The notes under the pieces: generated by a model
Told to the model about the DNA's origin: nothing
Seen by the model: the letters and a program-made list of their open reading frames with translations, nothing else
Databases searched by the model: none
Shown here: piece by piece, positions 47,895 through 57,545 of the stretch
How the letters are laid out: each line of letters opens with the position of its first letter
Position numbering within the stretch: position 1 is the stretch's first letter
Assembly: GCA_965204535.1 (NCBI GenBank)
Contig: CBDBEV010000001.1
Coordinates: forward strand, 1,184,001 to 1,248,000
Source: a bacterium
Lineage (GTDB): Bacteria; UBA8248
Direction of reading: 5' to 3'
DNA: 64,000 nucleotides
Program-made: the position numbers and the translations under genes

Positions 47895-48015
47895 TAACCC
47901 CCCCTACCCCCCCTTGACAGGGGGGTAAGAAAAATCAAACCCCCTCAACCCGGCGGGGGTGTTGCTCTTTCAGTCGGGGGGTGTTGCCTTTTTCTTTTTT
48001 ATACCCCCCTGACAA
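47895..48015. repeat. REP doublet whose right palindrome is interrupted by IS copy B and continues at 49532-49562
   Basis: ATACCCCCCT-GACAA | IS | GACAA-GGGGGGGTAGGGGGGGTT. Confidence 0.85.
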
Positions 48016-49531
48016 GGGGCTGTTGAAAAACCCCTGGTTTTGTGATCGTATGGATGTATTCCCCCTCGCCCGAGATGGGAGTTCCGGAGATGTTGGACCG
48101 CAAGAGGCGCGAGCAGATGGACTTGTTCGTGGCCGGCCCGCTGGAGAAGTTGATTCCCGAAGATCACATATTGCGCCAGGTGGACCGCGTACTGGATTTG
48201 AGTTGGCTTCGCGAGGAAGTGGCGGAGTGCTATTGCGCGGACAACGGTCGACCGGGGATCGACCCGGAAGTGGTGATCCGGTTGATGCTGGCGGGCCTGC
48301 TGCTGGGCTACGCGGAGGATCGCCGCCTGCTGCGCGAGGCGCAGGCGCATCTGGCGGTCCGGTGGTTCATCGGGTACAGGCTGGACGAGGATTTGCCGGA
48401 TCATTCGAGCCTGACGCGTATCCGTCAACGCTGGGGGGAGGAGCGGTTCAAGGAGATATTTCGGCGCACGGTTCAGTCTTGCGTGGAGGCGAAGGTGGCG
48501 AAGGGAGAAGTGGTTCACATGGACGCGTCTTTGATACGCGCGGACGTGAGCTGGGAGAGTCTGGCGGAGCGCCACGCGGAGAAGGTGGTGCGGGAGAACG
48601 ACTCGGAGGATGAGACGGGGAAGAAGGGCGGCGGCGGGGGTTCGGGTCCGGTGAGCCGAACGGACCCCGACGCGCGCCTGGCGCGCAAGAGCGCTCGGGC
48701 GGGGTTCGAGCCGAGCTATAAGCACCACGCGGTGGTGGACGACGAGCGTGGGGTGGTTCTCGACGTAGAGGTGACGGAGGGGACGTTGAACGAGCGGGAG
48801 ATGATGGAGCCGCAGTTGGATGCGGTTTGCGAGCTCACGGGTCGCGCGCCCGCGGTGGTGACGGCGGATAGTGGTTATGCGTATTCGAAGGTGTACGGCG
48901 CATTGGAGCGTCGGGGGGTCGCCGCGCTGATACCGGCGAAGAAGGAACCCACCCAGAGCCGGGTGCCGTTGCAACTGTTCCGCTACGACGAGCGGAATGA
49001 GGTGGTGAAGTGTCCGGGGGGCAAGACGCTGCGCCCCCGGAAGGAGACGGAGCGGGGGCGCTGGTATGTATCGAGGACCCGCGATTGCGCGGGTTGCGCG
49101 CTCAAGGCCGATTGTCTGTCGGCGTCTCGCACGAGCAGGGCGGTTCTGATTCCGCACGAGTATCCGGCGCTGTTGCGCGCGCGCCGTCGCCACGCGCGCC
49201 GGGGGGAGGAGGAGGGCCGGCTGTGGCGCCGCCACATGTCGCGTTCGGAGGGCTATCACGGCGAGGCGAAGAGTCGGCACGGACTGGCGCGGGCGGTACG
49301 CCGGGGTCTTGCGAACGTGAAGATCCAGGCCTACCTGACGGCGACTGCGGTGAACCTCAAGCGGCTCGCCGCCGCTGTGGCCGCGGGTTTATTCGCTCTG
49401 TGGCGGGCCTGGGCCGCCCGGAAACGCCGAATGAGCGCATATCGCGGCCTCACGCGCCGATTGGGCTTCCTCTCCCAGGCCGCGTGAGCCGCCATACATC
49501 CCGCTTCAAAACGAGGTTTTTCAACAGCCCC
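48016..49531 (+). mobile_element. IS1182-family insertion sequence, copy B
   Basis: IRs GGGGCTGTTGAAAAACC; 5-bp duplication GACAA (48011-48015, 49532-49536). Confidence 0.92.
48042..49487 (+). CDS. IS1182-family DDE transposase
   Basis: Nearly identical to 20412..21851 (a few substitutions, two extra Gly). Confidence 0.92.
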   Translation: MIVWMYSPSPEMGVPEMLDRKRREQMDLFVAGPLEKLIPEDHILRQVDRVLDLSWLREEVAECYCADNGRPGIDPEVVIRLMLAGLLLGYAEDRRLLREAQAHLAVRWFIGYRLDEDLPDHSSLTRIRQRWGEERFKEIFRRTVQSCVEAKVAKGEVVHMDASLIRADVSWESLAERHAEKVVRENDSEDETGKKGGGGGSGPVSRTDPDARLARKSARAGFEPSYKHHAVVDDERGVVLDVEVTEGTLNEREMMEPQLDAVCELTGRAPAVVTADSGYAYSKVYGALERRGVAALIPAKKEPTQSRVPLQLFRYDERNEVVKCPGGKTLRPRKETERGRWYVSRTRDCAGCALKADCLSASRTSRAVLIPHEYPALLRARRRHARRGEEEGRLWRRHMSRSEGYHGEAKSRHGLARAVRRGLANVKIQAYLTATAVNLKRLAAAVAAGLFALWRAWAARKRRMSAYRGLTRRLGFLSQAA

Positions 49532-49577
49532 GACAAGGGGGGGTAGGGGGGGTTGGTTTTTCCAGGGCGAGGCCGAT

Positions 49578-49967
49578 TCAGCGGGTTCGCATATCCGAAA
49601 CGCGTTTTTGCAGATCGACGTACACCCCTTCGACGTTGCCCATGACATCGGCGTTGGCGTACCGGACGACCTCGACGCCGAGGGCGTTCAGCCTGCGCGT
49701 CCTGGCTTCGTCGTATCGTCCGCGCGCGTCGTGGCTGTCGCCGTCGATCTCGATCGCCAGCATTAGTTCGGCGCAGTAGAAATCGACGATGTAGCGGTCC
49801 AGCGGCTTCTGGCGGGTGAATTTCAGTCCGGACAGGCGTCTGTCCCGCAATACCTCGAACCACAGCTTGTTCTCCGCCGGGGTGGGGTGCCTGCGGTTTT
49901 CCCGCGCCTTTTCTGTCAGCGCTTCGTCGTATGGAACGTGGCCCCCCGCGCCGCTCTTTCTCAACAA
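49578..49967 (-). CDS. DUF559 (Vsr-like PD-(D/E)xK) endonuclease-domain protein
   Basis: ARENRRHPTPAENKLW, KFTRQKP, YIVDFYC, AIEIDGDSH, D..RT..L...GVEVVRY.N. Confidence 0.9.
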   Translation of the reverse strand: MLRKSGAGGHVPYDEALTEKARENRRHPTPAENKLWFEVLRDRRLSGLKFTRQKPLDRYIVDFYCAELMLAIEIDGDSHDARGRYDEARTRRLNALGVEVVRYANADVMGNVEGVYVDLQKRVSDMRTR

Positions 49968-49984
49968 ATCGCCTCCTTTTCCGA

Positions 49985-50260
49985 ACCAACCCCCTTAACA
50001 GCAACCCCTCTTGTCAGGGGATAAAGGCAACCCCCCCTACCCCCCCTTGTCAGGGGGGTAAGAAAAATCAAACCCCCCTCAGCCCGGCGCGGGGTGTTGC
50101 TCTTTCAGTCGGGGGGTGTTGCTTTTTTCTTTTTCATACCCCCCTCGCCATGAACCTCCTCGTCGGGGTCTTGCCTTTTTATACCCCCCTGTCAAGGGGG
50201 GGTAGGGGGGGTTGCTTTTCCGAGGTCGGCCTTGCCGAACCCCCCAACCCCCCTTATCAG
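49985..50260. repeat. REP-like cluster (CCCCCCTACCCCCCTTGTCAGGGGGG family) upstream of DUF559
   Basis: Several palindromes; 50030-50140 closely repeats 47895-48010, and 50091-50213 closely repeats 53611-53735. Confidence 0.85.
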
Positions 50261-50941
50261 GGGGCTGTTGAAAAACCCCGTTTTGAAGCGGGAGGTATGG
50301 CGGCTCACGCGGCTTGGGAGAGGAAGCCCAATCGGCGCGTGAGGCCGCGATATGCGCTCATTCGGCGTCTCCGGGCGGCGCAGGCCCTCCACAGAGCGAA
50401 TATACCCGCCGCAAAAGCGGCGGCCAGCCGCTTGAGGTTCACCGCAGTCGCCGTCAGGTAGGCCTGGATCCTCATGTTCGCAAGGCCCCGGCGCACCGCC
50501 CGCCCCAGTCCGTGCCGACTCTTCGCCTCGCCGTGGTAACCCTCCGAACGCGACATGTGGCGGCGCCACAGCCGGCCCTCCTCCTCCCCCCGGCGCGCGT
50601 GGCGGCGGCGCGCGCGCAACAGCGCCGGATATTCATGCGGAATCAGCACCGTCCTGCTCGTGTGCGACTTGGGAAGACAATCCGACCTCAGCGCGCAGCC
50701 CGCGCAATCGCGCGTCCTCGAACCATAGTAGCGCCCCCGCTCCGTCTCCTTCCGGGGACGCAGCGTCTTGCCGCCCGGACACTTCACCACCTTGTGCCGC
50801 TCGTCGTAGCGGAACAACTGCAGCGGAACACGGCTCTGGGAAGGCTCCTTCTTCGCCGGAATCACCGCGTCCACCCCCCGACGCTCCAATCCCGCATACA
50901 CCTTCGAATACGCATAGCCCGAATCCGCCGTCACCACCGCG

Positions 50942-52723
50942 GAGACTGTGAGAGTATTGGATTTCACAGTCTCCGGAACAGGGCTCGCTTACGCTTGCAG
51001 CCCGATGGCCGGACACTGTCTTCAACTTCGGGAGCAACAACACCGCAGAGCCGGGAGAGAAACGTCTCGGCGGCCGGTCAGCTCGGGGTCGCGGTCAAGT
51101 CCTCGAAGAATCGGCTTCAAGTTCACACGCCATTCGTCCCCAACCGCTGTTTTTGCAGACAATGCTCCACAAATGCAGCTCCGCCCAGCACACGCATGAC
51201 CCGCTTGAAGTTGTAACCCAGCGTCATCAGGCTGAATTCGCCGCGGCATTTGCCGAGTCCGCGCATCACAAAATGATCCATCCCCGCCCAGCGCTTGATC
51301 GTACCGAATGGATGTTCGACGAGTGTGCTTCGCCCGCGCATCAATGGCACACGGGCGTTCATCTTCTTGCGATGCCGGTCCACCACGTCCTCATGCTCCC
51401 AGCGTTGTATCCTGCGCGTCGATCTCGACTTTGTCAGGCATCGGCCCGACAACGAACAGTCCCGGCAAACCGCCGCCGTCCCGCGATAAAAGTAATACAG
51501 CCTGCCCCTGACGGTGGTCGTGCCGCCTCGAACCAGACGCTCTCCGGCCGGACAGACATACGTGTCATCCTGCGCATCGTAACGGAATTCATCGCTGCCG
51601 AATCGTCCGTCCTTGCCCTTGCGGGCCGTCTGGTTCGGTATCGGAACATACACCTCCATTCCCTTGTCTTCGCAACTCTTCAACTGTGCGCCGTTGAAGT
51701 AGCCCGAATCCGCCAGGCCGACCAGGCGTTCGCTGCCCATGGCTTCGCCGGCTTTCGTCATCATCGGCTCCAACTGAGCGGAGTCATTGCCGTCCTGCAC
51801 CACATCCTCCGCGACAATCAGCTTGTGCTTGTCGTCCACCGCGATCTGGCAGTTGTATCCGCCCACCATTATATCGCCGTTCCTCAGAAGTCGAGCATCT
51901 GCATCGACCCCCGATACCTGACGCTCTCCGCTTTCCTGCAAATGCTCTTGCAGTGCCTTCTTCTTTTGTTGCCTCTCGATCAAGGCCTTGAGCTTCACCG
52001 GCAGGTCCGGATCCTCCGAACCGTCCCCACACTCCTCCCCGCGCGCATCCGCCTCGTCCAACTGCCGGTGATACGCCGCAATCCTCTTCTCCAAACGCCT
52101 CAGGTCCCTTGCCAGGGACCGCTTGGTTTGGAAGCTGTCCAGGTTCGCATCGGCCTTCAAAAAAGTCCCGTCGACCGCCACCCGGCTGCCGCCCAGCAGC
52201 GAGAGTTCGCGGCACAGCAGCACGAACTCCCGGTTGGCCTCCTGCAGCGCAGCCACATTGTTCTTGCGAAAATCCGCAATCGTCTTGTAGCTCGGCGTCG
52301 CACCCTGGCACAGCCAGATCACTTCCAGATTGCGCCGCGTCTCCGCTTCGAGACGGCGCGAACTCCGTACCCGGTGCTGGTAGCCGTACAGATACAGCTT
52401 CAGCAGCAGCGCCGGGTCGAAAGCCGGCTGACCGGCGCCGCAGTTCGCTTCGGCATGCGCGAACCCCAGCGCCTCCAGGTCCAGCGTGCCGACGAACGCA
52501 TCGATCGCGCGCACCGCATTGTGCTCGGACACGTAGTCGTCCAGACACGGCGGAAGCAGCATCATCTGGCTTCGGGACTGCACCTCCTGATAACGTCTCT
52601 CGGACATGGTGGTGACCCTTTATGTGGTTATCTCACTCACCGGTAAAGATAGCATGTACAGACAACCCGGGCATCGCTCGCCAGCGTCACCCACCAGAAT
52701 CGTGGGAATACTTTCACAGTCTC
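50942..52723 (-). mobile_element. Second, distinct IS1182-family element nested in copy C
   Basis: IRs GAGACTGTGAGAGTATT / AATACTTTCACAGTCTC; 10-bp duplication CACCACCGCG (50932-50941, 52724-52733). Confidence 0.92.
51123..52607 (-). CDS. IS1182-family transposase (494 aa, intact)
   Basis: GQPAFDPALLLKLYLYGY, SSRRLE, PSYKTIADFRK, VDGT, GYNCQ, LADSGY, YVCPAG, VEHPFGTIK. Confidence 0.93.
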   Translation of the reverse strand: MSERRYQEVQSRSQMMLLPPCLDDYVSEHNAVRAIDAFVGTLDLEALGFAHAEANCGAGQPAFDPALLLKLYLYGYQHRVRSSRRLEAETRRNLEVIWLCQGATPSYKTIADFRKNNVAALQEANREFVLLCRELSLLGGSRVAVDGTFLKADANLDSFQTKRSLARDLRRLEKRIAAYHRQLDEADARGEECGDGSEDPDLPVKLKALIERQQKKKALQEHLQESGERQVSGVDADARLLRNGDIMVGGYNCQIAVDDKHKLIVAEDVVQDGNDSAQLEPMMTKAGEAMGSERLVGLADSGYFNGAQLKSCEDKGMEVYVPIPNQTARKGKDGRFGSDEFRYDAQDDTYVCPAGERLVRGGTTTVRGRLYYFYRGTAAVCRDCSLSGRCLTKSRSTRRIQRWEHEDVVDRHRKKMNARVPLMRGRSTLVEHPFGTIKRWAGMDHFVMRGLGKCRGEFSLMTLGYNFKRVMRVLGGAAFVEHCLQKQRLGTNGV

Positions 52724-53568
52724 CACCACCGCGGGCGCGCGACCCGTGAGCTCGCAAACCGCATCCAGCTGCGGCTCCATCATCTCCCGCTCGTTCAACG
52801 TCCCCGCCGTCACCTCTACGTCGAGGACAACGCCCCGCTCGTCGTCCACCACCGCGTGGTGCTTGTAGCTCGGCTCGAACCCCGCCCGAGCGCTCTTGCG
52901 CGCCAGGCGCGCGTCGGGGTCCGTTCGGCTCACCGGACCCGAACCCCCGCCGCCGCCCTTCTTCCCCGCCTCATCCGCCGAGTCGTTCTCCCGCACCACC
53001 TTCTCCGCGTGGCGCGCCGCCAGACTCTCCCAGCTCACGTCCGCACGTATCAAAGACGCGTCCATGTGAACCACTTCCCCCTTCGCCACCTGCGCCTCCA
53101 GGCACGCCTGAACCGTGCGGCGCAATATCTCCTTGAACCGCGCCTCCCCCCAGCGCTGGCGAATCCGCGTCAGGCTTGAATGATCCGGCAACTCCTCGTG
53201 CAGCTCGTAACCGATGAACCACCGGATCGCCAGGTTCACCTGCGCCTCGCGAAGCAGATGCCGGTCGTGCACGTGGCCCAGCAGCAGGCCCGCCAGCATC
53301 AACCGCACCACCACTTCCGGGTCGATCCCCGGTCGACCGTTGTCCGCGCAATAGCACCCCGCCACTTCCTCGCGCAGCCAGCTCAAATCCAGTACGCGGT
53401 TCACCCGGAACAATATGTAATCTTCGGGAATCAACTGCTCCAGCGAACCGGCCACGAACAATTCCATCTGCCCGCGCCTCTTGCGGTCCAACATCGGGGA
53501 ATCTCCCATCTCGGGCGAGGGGGGATAACTCCATACGATCACAAAACCAGGGGTTTTTCAACAGGCCC

Positions 53569-53745
53569 TATCAGGGGGGCCTTTTTTTTCTTTTCTTACC
53601 CCCCCTTGCCGGGGTGTTGCTCTTTCAGTCGGGGGGTGTTGCCTTTTTCTTTTTCATGCCCCCCCTCGCCATGAACCTCCTCGTCGGGGTCTTGCCTTTT
53701 TATACCCCCCTGTCAAGGGGGGGGTAGGGGGGGTTCGTTTTTGAA
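53569..53745. repeat. REP-like cluster
   Basis: Remainder of the palindrome targeted by IS copy C, plus a unit of about 125 bp duplicated from 50091-50213. Confidence 0.8.
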
Positions 53746-53757
53746 GTCCTCCCGCCC

Positions 53758-54783
53758 CTACGGTTGATACGCCCGGTGCACGGCGCGGCTGGCGCCGTTC
53801 CAGCCGGGCATCACCGCGCCGAGCGGCCCGTTGCCGCCCGCGACGATGAGGTGCAGGTCTTCGGGCTCGTTGACGACGCGGACGAAGAAATCGTCGTCGT
53901 CCCTGTCCACCGGGTACTCCCACCGACCGTTCGGCCTGTCCGCCCGCCAGGGGCCGCCGCGCTTGAGCTCGCCCACCGTGCGCCCCGCGTTCTCGGAGAC
54001 GTAGGCGTGCACGTCCGCGCGCGAGAAGCCGGCCCGCGCGCACAGGCGGGCGTGTTCGGGGGAGAGGACGAGCACGGTGTCGGACCTCACCCAGATGGGC
54101 CACGAACCCATCGCCGCCATGTTGTCCATGTGGGAGACGAGCAGGCGCTCGGGGTCGCGGTCCACGTCGTTGAAGACGATGTGGGGGTTCTCCACCATGA
54201 CGGCGGTGATGACGTCCTCCTCCACGCCGTAGCCGCGCGAGACGGCGAGCGACTCCCAGGGGCTGTCTTCTTCGTTCTCGGCGACGCAGAAGGTGAAGCG
54301 CGAGGGCTGGCTGTAGATGCTCATGCACGCGACGCGCGCGATTCCGCCGCCCAGGTTCAGGAGCAGGAGCCTGACCGCGCGCCCGATGGTGGCGTTCGCC
54401 CGAAAGCCGGGGCCGAAGCAGCCCTGCCCGCCCGTGACGCCGATCCTCCGCGCATAGGGGCCGTTCAGGATGAGGAGGGGCGCCACGCTGTGCATGGTGG
54501 CCTGCACGCCGCGCAGGTTGAGCGGCTCCTCCACGATGAGTTCGAGCGCGGCGATGACGACGGGGAGGTATTCGGGCTTGCAGCCGGCCATGACGGCGTG
54601 GGCGGCGACGTCGCGCACGGTGGCGACCTCGTCCAGCGGCGGGACGGGGGTCACGGCCTCGTCGGGTGCGCGCGACGTGCCCGCCAGCATGCGCTCGATG
54701 CGGTCTTCGGTGGGCGTGACGACGGGCAGGCCGTCCGACCAGGGTTTCTCCAGGAAAAATTCGAATTCGTCCATCTCGTTCAT
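53758..54783 (-). CDS. Second member of the W(T/S)DGLPVV.PT family (paralog of 12678..13718)
   Basis: WSDGLPVVTPT, AVMAGC, GPGFRANATIGRA, ENEEDSPWE, LIVAGG; ATG 54783 has a GGAG SD. Confidence 0.85.
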   Translation of the reverse strand: MNEMDEFEFFLEKPWSDGLPVVTPTEDRIERMLAGTSRAPDEAVTPVPPLDEVATVRDVAAHAVMAGCKPEYLPVVIAALELIVEEPLNLRGVQATMHSVAPLLILNGPYARRIGVTGGQGCFGPGFRANATIGRAVRLLLLNLGGGIARVACMSIYSQPSRFTFCVAENEEDSPWESLAVSRGYGVEEDVITAVMVENPHIVFNDVDRDPERLLVSHMDNMAAMGSWPIWVRSDTVLVLSPEHARLCARAGFSRADVHAYVSENAGRTVGELKRGGPWRADRPNGRWEYPVDRDDDDFFVRVVNEPEDLHLIVAGGNGPLGAVMPGWNGASRAVHRAYQP

Positions 54784-54904
54784 GGGGGGTTCTCCGGGTG
54801 GGTGGTTATACGGCAAAGAGATTCGGTGGTTGCGTTTTTCTGAGCCTACCACGGCGGGGGTTGTCGATCATGGGGGGCCGCCCCTGCAATCTTTATTTGG
54901 GCGC

Positions 54905-55680
54905 ACCGTAGGGACAACCCCCCGTGGTTGTCCCTTGCAGGACGGGATCCTCGGACAGGCACGGGGGCCTCGGACAGGCGAAGGGGCCTGTCCGCTACGG
55001 CCCCGTGAACCGGGATGCGCACCCGTAGGGGTCAGACATATATGTCTGACCCTGTGTCCGCCCGCCTTTGTTTTTGATCGTCATTCCGGCGAATGCCGGA
55101 ATCCAGGGAATTTGCCTTTTGTTTTTTGCCGTCATGTCGTTCCAATCGGAAAGGAAATGGAAAATCATAATATCTCCACCCCGATCCGCTCTGGATTCCG
55201 GCATTCGCCGGAATGACGGCCAAAGGCAAAACCGAGTAGAGAAGGCAATCACTCCCCCCTTGGGGGGTAAACCCGACCGACGAGAAAAGGATCAACTCCC
55301 CCCTTGAGGGTCTGGCTTCCCGAGGGGAAAGCCAGACGGTGAGGTGAGGGGGGTTTTGCCCGAAACCGAACCGGTGGGGGGAGTTTTTAATTTAGAATCG
55401 TCCCCCCACCGAATCGGCCTTCGCACAAACCGCTCAGCCTCTTTGACTCCCCCTCAAGGGGGGAGTTGATCCTTTTCTTCTCGGTTGCCAATGATCCTCA
55501 AGGGGGGAGTTGACCTTTTTTTCGTCGGTTGAAAAATGACCCTCAAAAGGGGAGTTGATCGTTCTTCTCCTTGGTCGGCACTTCCTCCTCCATCGGGCCT
55601 TCTTTTTTTATACCCCCTTGCCGGGGTGTTGCCTTTTCATACCCCCCTGTCAAGGGGGGGTAGGGGGGGTTGGTTTTCAT
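54905..55680. repeat. Large composite REP cluster with four families, including a GTCATTCCGGCGAATGCCGGAATCC doublet
   Basis: GTAG units at 54908-55055; GTCATTCC doublet at about 55080-55218; ACTCCCCCCTTGAGGG units at 55250-55560; poly-C/G unit at 55640-55678. Confidence 0.88.
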
Positions 55681-55703
55681 GCAGAGCGACGTTTCCCCGA
55701 CCC

Positions 55704-56087
55704 TCACCCCTCATGCTTCTCAATCGCGCGCTTCGCCGCCGCGAGGGCGTGGTTCGTCTTCGGGAAGCCGATGTAGGGGCAGAGCGAGACGATGCCCTCG
55801 ATGAGTTCCTCAGGCCTCAAGCCCTGGTTCAGCACGCCGCGCGAGTGGATTTCCACCTCGCCGGATAAATCCTGCGCGGCGGCGGCGGCGACGATCATCA
55901 TCTCGCGCGTCCTGTTGTCGAGCAGGGGCTGGCTCCAGCAGGTGCCGAAGACGTACTCGACGATGGCGCGGGTGTGCGCGGGCGCCAGTTCGTTCATCTC
56001 GGTGAACGTGCCCGCGAGGCCGTCCTCGCCGTAGATGCCGAGTGATTTGCGTACCGCGAGTCCCCGCTCGTAGCGTTCCTCGTTCAT
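55704..56087 (-). CDS. Carboxymuconolactone decarboxylase (PcaC-like) family protein
   Basis: ERYERGLAVR, EYVFG..W..P.LD.RTRE, H.RG.LN.G, YIGFPK; AAGGAG SD. Confidence 0.88.
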   Translation of the reverse strand: MNEERYERGLAVRKSLGIYGEDGLAGTFTEMNELAPAHTRAIVEYVFGTCWSQPLLDNRTREMMIVAAAAAQDLSGEVEIHSRGVLNQGLRPEELIEGIVSLCPYIGFPKTNHALAAAKRAIEKHEG

Positions 56088-56127
56088 GGGTTTCTCCTTT
56101 ATATAAGGTGGCGGTGGATGATGGTGG

Positions 56128-56522
56128 TCGTAGGGACAGGCCCCTGTGCCTGTCCTGCCTTTTTTGTACGACATGGGACGACCACGGGGGGTTTGTCCCT
56201 ACAATTCGTTTCGCAATTTTTGTGTAGGGGCCGCATACATGCGGCCCTGGTTTTGTATCCACGGGGCGGGTCGCATATATGCGACCCCTACAAAGGCGCG
56301 CGATTGTTGTGTAGGGACAGGTCGCGACCTGTCCGGTTTGGTTCGTCAAAAGAGCAACCCCCCCTACCCCCCCCTTGTCAGGGGGGTATAAAAAGGCGAT
56401 GCGCCCCGCCGGGACGGGGGGTTTTGATTTTTCTTGCCCCCCTGTTAAGGGGGGGTAGGGGGGGTTGGTTTTCGAGGCGAACGGGCGGACACGCAGTCAG
56501 ACATATATGTCTGACCCCTACA
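56128..56522. repeat. REP-like cluster
   Basis: Several GTAGGG...CCCTAC doublets and a poly-C/G doublet at 56356-56475. Confidence 0.85.
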
Positions 56523-56538
56523 AAATCACCCCCTCTCC

Positions 56539-56928
56539 TCACCCCCCGTCCCCCGGTATCGCGCCCGGCCGCGTCACGATGAAGCAGACCACGCACGCGC
56601 AGACGGCGGCGAGCAGAATCTTCGCGTACCCCGGCGCGCTCATGAGGTATATGGACGGCCCCGCCAGAAGGACGATGAGCGAGACGGATGTCCACTTCGC
56701 CCGGGGGCGGATGACGCCGTGGCGCTGCCAGTTCGTGATCAAGGGGCCGTAGAGCCTGTGGCCGAGCAGCCAGGCGTGGAGGCGTTCGGAACTCTTCGAG
56801 AAGGCGAACGCCGCCAGGAGGATGAAGGGCGTCGTCGGCAGGACGGGCAGCAGCAGGCCGATGAAGCCGAGCGCGAGGCAGACGCAGCCCAGCGTCAGAA
56901 AAAATGGACGAGAAATCTTCCGCCACAT
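56539..56928 (-). CDS. YbaN/DUF454 family inner-membrane protein
   Basis: LPVLPTTPFILLAAFAFSKSSERLHAWLL.H..YGP.I.NW...G.I..RAK. Confidence 0.92.
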   Translation of the reverse strand: MWRKISRPFFLTLGCVCLALGFIGLLLPVLPTTPFILLAAFAFSKSSERLHAWLLGHRLYGPLITNWQRHGVIRPRAKWTSVSLIVLLAGPSIYLMSAPGYAKILLAAVCACVVCFIVTRPGAIPGDGG

Positions 56929-56959
56929 GAACGCTCGTTCTCCCGGGCGGGGGTTGTCG

Positions 56960-57545
56960 GGAATGCCCCTGAAAGGGTAACGGCAACCCCCCGGAAAGGG
57001 AAACCCCATACGGCAACCCCCCCCTTGATAGGGGATCAAGGACAGCTCCTCCTCGGGGCTGTCCTGCCCCCTCGTCTTTTTTGTTCCCCCCTGGAGGGGA
57101 GTTGTTGAAAAAGTTTTTTTCAAAGCAGTAACCCCCCCTACCCCCCCTTAACAGGGGGGTATAAAAGGCAAGCCCCGCAAAAAAGAATCAACTCCCCCCT
57201 TGAGTGTTTTTGCCAACCAACGAGAGAAGAATTTCACTCCCCCCTTGAGGGTCATCCCTTCACGCGCGAGATATACAATCAACTCCCCCCTTGAGGGGGA
57301 GTCGAAGAGGCCGAGCGGTTTGTGCGAAGGCCGATGTGGTGGGGGGACGGTTCTAAATTAAAAGCTCCCCCCACCGGCGCGACTTCGGGCTTCGCCCTCG
57401 TCTTGCCGTCTGGCTTTCCCCTCGGGAAGCCAGACCCTCAAGGGGGGAGTTGATCCTTGTTTGTGGGTGTTGCTTTTTTCTTTTTCATACCCCCCTGTTA
57501 AGGGGGGGTAGGGGGGGTTGGTTTTCAGGTCAAGGGGGGAGTGAA
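56960..57545. repeat. REP-like cluster
   Basis: Multiple poly-C/G palindromes; ACTCCCCCCTTGAGGGGGAGT doublet at about 57282-57452. Confidence 0.85.

Larger units (their letters stand above)
50305..53542 (-). pseudogene. IS1182-family transposase split at ...RAPAVV|TADSGY by a nested IS
   Basis: N-terminal half in ORF 52637..53542, C-terminal half in ORF 50305..50967; both homologous to copies A and B. Confidence 0.9.
50261..53568 (-). mobile_element. IS1182-family insertion sequence, copy C (diverged isoform, interrupted)
   Basis: IRs GGGGCTGTTGAAAAACCCC / GGGGTTTTTCAACAGGCCC; flanking duplication TATCAG (50255-50260, 53569-53574). Confidence 0.88.
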
